From Macrostomum lignano (taxonomy: Eukaryota), in the NCBI GenBank assembly GCA_002269645.1, contig NIVC01000103.1, positions 62,001 to 126,000 of the forward strand: 64,000 nucleotides of DNA, given 5' to 3'. How positions within the stretch are numbered: the first letter of the stretch is position 1; each line of letters begins with the position of its first letter. Under the pieces are notes generated by a model, which searched no databases, was not told where the DNA came from, and saw only the letters and a list, made by a program, of their open reading frames with translations. Position numbers and translations under genes: made by a program. Shown here one piece after another: positions 58,213 through 64,000 of this stretch.

Positions 58213-58768
58213 ATGACGTCATCCTACCCCCGTGGCGCATCTATGCCAGGCGCAGTCATATTCTACCATCGGACGGTCCCCGCTACTCCGCAATGCGCAG
58301 TGAACTGGAATTGCCAGCCCTGCCTGATATGGTGTTCGACCGCAACTGTCTCCGGCTTGAGCACATCGAATCCGGCTGCTCATTAGAGTTCAACGCTCTC
58401 GATGCTTTGCGCCGAGTTGATGCTCATTCTAGCAGCCTGAAACTGGCTGTGTCCGAGCAGTGGCTGAGCACCCGGCTTGAATATGCTCAAGAATCTGCTA
58501 AGCCATACGATTGGACGTTTGCCAGCGATTATTCCGGCACCCTGCTGGGCTCCGGCTGGAAGGAGGAGCCAGCGGCTGCCGGCGATGCCATCAATCTGGA
58601 GCGGCTGCGTAGGCGGGATCGAATTCTGTTCTACTGCGAGACCCAGCTGTACGAGGATGAGCTGGGCGACAGCGGCACCGCTCAGATGTGCCTGCGCTTC
58701 AGAGCGATGCCCCAATGCTTTCTGCTGTTGTTGAGATACTTTCTGCGTGCTGACGGTACTGTTGCTAG
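58213..58768 (+). CDS. TIPRL: TIP41-like protein TIPRL, main exon (apparent frameshift in the C-run at 58227-58231)
   Basis: PW..SHIL, ELELPALPDMVFDRN, LEFNALDAL, KPYDWTFASDYSGTL, LYEDELGDSG, RAMPQCF..LRYFLRADG. Donor AG|gtgag. Confidence 0.9.
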
Positions 58769-58799
58769 GTGAGAGTTTGCTTGCTTGTCATTAGTTTAG

Positions 58800-59300
58800 T
58801 ATGCTAATGAGGTGCTCAGGTAGCTAATGAGGTATTCAGGTAGATAATGAGGTATTCGGGTAGCTAATGAGGTATTCGGTTAGCTAATGAGGTACTCAGG
58901 TAGCTAATGAGGTACTCAGGTAGCTAATGAGGTACTCAGGTAGCCAATGAGGTATTCAGGTAGATAATGAGGTATTCGGGTAGCTAATGAGGTATTCAGG
59001 TAGCTAATGAGGTACTCAGGTAGCTAATGAGGTACTCAGGTAGCTAATGAGGTATTCAGGTAGCCAATGAGGTATTCAGGTAGCTAATGAGGTATTCAGG
59101 TAGCTAATGGGGTATTCTGGAAGCTAATGGGTTATTCAGGTAGCTAATGAAGTATCCAGGTAGCTAAGGAGGTATTCTGGTAGCTAATGAGGTATTTAAG
59201 TAGCTAAGGGGGTATTCAGGTAGCTAAAGAGGTATTCAGGTAGCTAATGAGGTATTCAGGTAGCTAATGAGGTATTCAGGTAGCTAATGAGTTATTCAGA
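58800..59300. repeat. Minisatellite, 20-bp unit (GTAGCTAATGAGGTATTCAG), in the TIPRL intron
   Basis: Tandem array read directly from the sequence. Confidence 0.92.
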
Positions 59301-59348
59301 TACAAAAGTGGTAATGCGACACTCACAAAAGCGGCTTCTACAAACCAG

Positions 59349-59541
59349 GTGCTGGGACACCCGCCTCTACTGGGAGTCGGGCTGGACTCACCTGTTGCGG
59401 GAGGTGAAGCGATTCGAGTCAGGCTGGGACAGACTGGCCAAGCTGCCAGCCGCTGTGCTGACTGACGCCTCGGCATTGCAGGAGCACCTGACCTTGATTG
59501 ACTCTCGGCTGGATCGGTTGGTGTTTGGCTCCACAGATTGA
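59349..59541 (+). CDS. TIPRL: TIPRL last exon
   Basis: Acceptor aaccag| is phase-compatible. Encodes DTRLYWE...LLRE (compare NDTRLYHE..MLRE). Stop TGA. Confidence 0.88.
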
Positions 59542-59869
59542 TTTGTTTTAATCAGTAGTATGTATCGTGCATCAATGCATTCATTGTTTGTGTGAATTCA
59601 TTTTTTCAACTTTTGTATTACAAAATTTCTTTGTGGCACCTGGCTGTGCCAATGCTTGTAGTAGTTCGAGTTGTAACTGATATGTGAGTTTTTAATGTGT
59701 ATGTGAATGCTTATTTCATAGTTAAATAATATATTGCTCTGGCATTCGTTAATGAATAAATCTTGCTATATTTTCTGTAAAAAGAACCGATTCGTGAGAA
59801 ATGACTGTTTTTTTATTCAATAAATCTTTACAAAACTTGCTCATTTAATTAAGTAACTCAATCAATGGT

Positions 59870-60875
59870 TTCTGTGTGAATCTGGGTGTCTGAGTGAATC
59901 TGGGGTGTCTGTGTGAATCTGGGGTGTCTGAATGAATCTGGGTGTCTGAGTGAATCTGGGTGTCTGAGTGAATCTGGGGTGTCTGAGTGAATCTGGGGTG
60001 CCTGAGTGAATCTGGGTGTCTGAGTGAATCTGGGGTGTCTGAGTGAATCTGGAGTGTCTGTGTGAATCTGGGTGTCTGAGTGAATCTGGGTGTCTGAGTG
60101 AATCTGGGGTGTCTGAGTGAATCTGGGGTGTCTGAGTGAATCTGGGGTGCCTGAGTGAATCTGGGTGTCTGAGTGAATCTGGGGTGTCTGAGTGAATCTG
60201 GAGTGTCTGTGTGAATCTGGGTGTCTGAGTGAATCTGGGTGTCTGAGTGAATCTGGGTGTCTGAGTGAATCTGGGTGTCTGAGTGAATCTGGGGTGTCTG
60301 AGTGAATCTGGAGTGTCTGTGTGAATCTGGGTGTCTGAGTGAATCTGGGTGTCTGAGTGAATCTGGGTGTCTGAGTGAATCTGGGTGTCTGAGTGAATCT
60401 GGGGTGTCTGAGTGAATCTGGGGTGCCTGAGTGAATCTGGGTGTCTGAGTGAATCTGGGGTGTCTGGGTGAATCTGGGGTGTCTGAGTGAATCTGGGGTG
60501 TCTGAGTGAATCTGGGGTGTCTGAGTGAATCTGGGGTGTCTGAGTGAATCTGGGGTGTCTGAGTGAATCTGGGGTGTCTGAATGAATCTGGGGTGTCTGA
60601 GTGAATCTGGGGTGTCTGAGTGAATCTGGGGTGTCTGGGTGAATCTGGGGTGTCTGAGTGAATCTGGGGTGTCTGAGTGAATCTGGGGTGTCTGAGTGAA
60701 TCTGGGTGTCTGAGTGAATCTGGGGTGTCTGAGTGAATCTGGGGTGTCTGAGTGAATCTGGGGTGTCTGAGTGAATCTGGGGTGTCTGAGTGAATCTGGG
60801 GTGTCTGAGTGAATCTGGGTGTCTGAGTGAATCTGGGGTGTCTGGGTGAATCTGGGGTGTCTGGGTGAATCTGGG
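59870..60875. repeat. Minisatellite, 18/19-bp unit (GTCTGAGTGAATCTGGG(G)T)
   Basis: Tandem array read directly from the sequence. Confidence 0.94.
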
Positions 60876-61565
60876 AAACGCAGATTGTGTCTTGAGGATT
60901 CATTTTTTTTACAAAAGTTCTCGTGCACTCATAGTTTCATGATTTAACTGCACTACTGCCAGTAGCTCAATTCTTTTTTCGACGTAAATTTTACGAAAAC
61001 AAATTCGCTTTTAATAAATGTAAAGTTCGCACAAGTTGCACACAAAATGAATAATTAAGAATGGGCAGAAGGAACCTAAGTCGCCTTGTCTACGACTATT
61101 CAATATCTTGATTGCATGTTGGTGACTGCAAACCCAAGGAGATTTGTCTGAATTTGGCCGATTAGCTTTGGTATCGGATACAAACCGGTTTGAGCTAACT
61201 GGGTGCTCAAGTCTCAAGTTAGGTCAAGAATCATCTTGTCTGCAGGCCTTGTTGCGGGCGATCTCTCGCGGCAGCACATCTATCACCACCGCTCGTATGA
61301 CGAACCCTTAATTTCGTCGTTCTTTACTTAGTGACGTTCAGCTTTCGAGCAAACAAAGATTACTCATCCATCTGCCTGTGCTGAGAGCTTCTTGTGCCGT
61401 TTTCTTGTTTACGCTTCTCTTCCAGTGTACACAACTTCTGGGAATTAATCCTAAACTGCTTCACAAGGTTTTTTGAAATTGTTCCTGTTGAATGTACTTA
61501 TAAAGTCTGCGATACAGGCATTGAGCATAATATTCCAGTCTGTGAAGTCTGGAACTTCTGACGAA

Positions 61566-62700
61566 CTGCAGTGTCTACTGAGTGATCTGGTAGAGCTGCA
61601 GTGTCTACTGAGTGATCTGGTAGAGCTGCAGTGTCTACTGAGTGATCTGGTAGAGCTGCAGTGTCTACTGAGTGATCTGGTAGAGCTGCAGTGTCTACTG
61701 AGTGTTCTGGTAGAGCTGCAGTGTCTACTGATGATCTAATTGTAGAACTCTAGGTTCTACTGATGATATTGTAGAATTCCAGTGTCTACTGATGATCTTG
61801 TAGAACTCCAGTGTCTACTGATTGATCTGGTAGAGCTGCAGTGTCTACTGAGTGATCTGGTAGAGCTGCAGTGTCTACTGAGTGATCTGGTAGAGCTGCA
61901 GTGTCTACTGAGTGATCTGTTAGAGCTGCAGTGTCTACTGAGTGATCTGGTAGAGCTGCAGTGTCTACTGAGTGATTTGGTAGAACTCCAGTGTCTACTG
62001 ATGATCTAATTGTAGAAATCTAGGTTCTACTGATGATCTTGTAGAATTCCAGTGTCTACTGATGATCTTGTAGAACTCCAGTGTCTACTGATTGATCTGG
62101 TAGAACTCCAGTGTCTACTGATTGATCTTGTAGAACTCCAGTGTCTACTGATTGATCTGGTAGAACTGCATTGTCTACTGATTGATCTGGTAGAACTTCA
62201 ATGTCTACTGATTGATCTTGTAGAACTCCAGTGTCTACTGAATGATTGGTAGAACTGCAATGTCTACTGAATGATCTGGTAGAACTGCAGTGTCTACTGA
62301 ATGATTTGGCAGAACTCCAGGTTCTACTGATTGATCTGGTAGAACTCCAGGTTCTACTGATTGATCTGGTAGAACTCCAGTGTCTACTGATGATCTTGTA
62401 GAACTCTAGGCTTTACATACTGATGATCTTGTAGAACTCTAGGCTTTACATACTGATGATCTTGTAGAACTCTAGGCTTTACATACTGATGATCTTGTAG
62501 AACTCTAGGCTTTACATACTGATGATCTTGTAGAACTCCAGTGTCTACTGATTGATCTGGTAGAACTGCATTGTCTACTGATTGATCTGGTAGAACTTCA
62601 ATGTCTACTGATTGATCTTGTAGAACTCCAGTGTCTACTGATTGATCTGGTAGAACTCCAGTGTCTACTTAATGATCTGGTAGACCTCCTTATATCTACC
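61566..62700. repeat. Minisatellite, about 30-bp unit (GTAGAGCTGCAGTGTCTACTGAGTGATCTG) with variants
   Basis: Tandem array read directly from the sequence; each unit has a GTAGA/TCTAC inverted pair. Confidence 0.92.
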
Positions 62701-63539
62701 AAATGATCTGGTAGACCTCTTTATCTCTACCATATGATCTAGTGGACCTACAATATCCGTACTAGATGATCTGGGGACCCTCCAATATCTAGTAATTGAT
62801 TTGGTAGACCTTATATCTACTAAATATTCTGCTATGTCTGCTATCTGTAAAAACTGATGTATCTAATAAACCTCTTATATCTCTACTAAATGCAGTTGAG
62901 GCAACAATTACACTGTTGACTGAAGGCAGCAAACAATTTTAACAGCTTCACTACAATGATTTCAGAAGTGCAATTCACAGTTTTTTTGTGCAATTTTATA
63001 GCAGCCACTCTGTCGCACTGGAATGTATTTGAATAACTATAGTTGCAGAAAAATACACAGCGGAATTGAAGTGCATGGCCTTCCCTAAGCTGAGGATCTC
63101 TTGGCGATTCCCCTCTAGGAGCAGAAACTATACGGGACAATGGGTAGGAGCGCTGTGCAAACAAATGCATCCCTCGTCTTTCTCGAGAACTTCTATAATA
63201 AAACATTGTAAGGGCGGCAATTGGTGAGCTAAACAGGTGGCGGGACGGGTACGGATGAATGAACTGCCCCTAACAGTGAAGGGAGAGTGAGTCCTGGTGT
63301 AGTAACTGGAAGCGTGAGCGAGGACTGAGTGGGAATTAAGGGGAGGGGGGCGAAATTTTTTAGATATGCGATAAATATTTTAGTTAAAAATATTTTTCTG
63401 AAGCCAATAATATACTCGTATGCAAAATATGCGATATGACTGTGGACTATTGCAAGTACAGCAGGGAGATCTGGCCAGAGATGAAGACAGAGACTGGTTT
63501 GATTGGTACGTGCAAATTTGAATAAAATAATTGTAAGCC

Positions 63540-63980
63540 AGTCAGGAATGATGGCAGACAGTGAGGGCAGACAGTGAGTCAGGAATGATGACAGACAGTG
63601 AGTCAGGAATGATGACAGACTGTGAGTCAGGAATGATGGCAGACAGTGAGTCAAGAATGATGGCAGACAGTGAGTCAGGAATGATGGCAGGCAGTGAGTC
63701 AGGAATGATGGCAGGCAGTGAGGACAGACATTGAGTCAGGAATGATGGTAGACAGTGAGTCAGGAATGATGGCAGACAGTGAGTCAAGAATGATGGCAGA
63801 CAGTGAGTCAGGAATGATGGCAGGCAGTGAGTCAGGAATGATGGCAGGCAGTGAGTCAGGAATGATGGCAGGCAGTGAGGACAGACATTGAGTCAGGAAT
63901 GATGGTAGACAGTGAGTCAGGAATGATGGCAGACAGTGAGTCAGGAATGATGGTAGACAGTGAGTCAGGAATGATGGTAA
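63540..63980. repeat. Minisatellite, 24-bp unit (GAGTCAGGAATGATGGCAGACAGT)
   Basis: Tandem array read directly from the sequence. Confidence 0.92.
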
Positions 63981-64000
63981 ACCGGAGACTCCAGTTGCCA

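Noticed and set aside
61360-63206. Possible minus-strand exons (61360-61565 and ORF 62886-63206)
   Set aside because: No recognisable homology, and the first needs a frameshift and an acceptor located at a satellite edge.

Overview
Eukaryotic, intron-containing window from an invertebrate metazoan. GC-rich codons, Mag-type retroelements and dense minisatellites resemble a Macrostomum-like flatworm, but this is inference only. Recognisable host genes: 3' exons of MFSD12, a complete 8-exon CORO7/POD-1 (about 1010 aa, all splice phases consistent), three paralogous single-BIR IAP genes (only one with a RING) and TIPRL. Mobile DNA: a young Mag/gypsy LTR element in CORO7 intron 1, an RTE-like LINE with TSD, two P-element/THAP-type transposase relics, two solo LTRs, a piggyBac derivative with long inverted arms, and a hAT MITE. 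About 15 minisatellite or low-complexity arrays are present. The best unexplained items are (i) a near-intact endogenous partiti-like dsRNA-virus capsid gene at 575-1525, probably inside an MFSD12 intron, (ii) an uninterrupted orphan ORF of about 1600 aa split by an in-frame (QKESD)x~54 repeat, (iii) a mosaic IAP cluster and (iv) a fold-back piggyBac. All family calls come from motif recall; no database searches were run.
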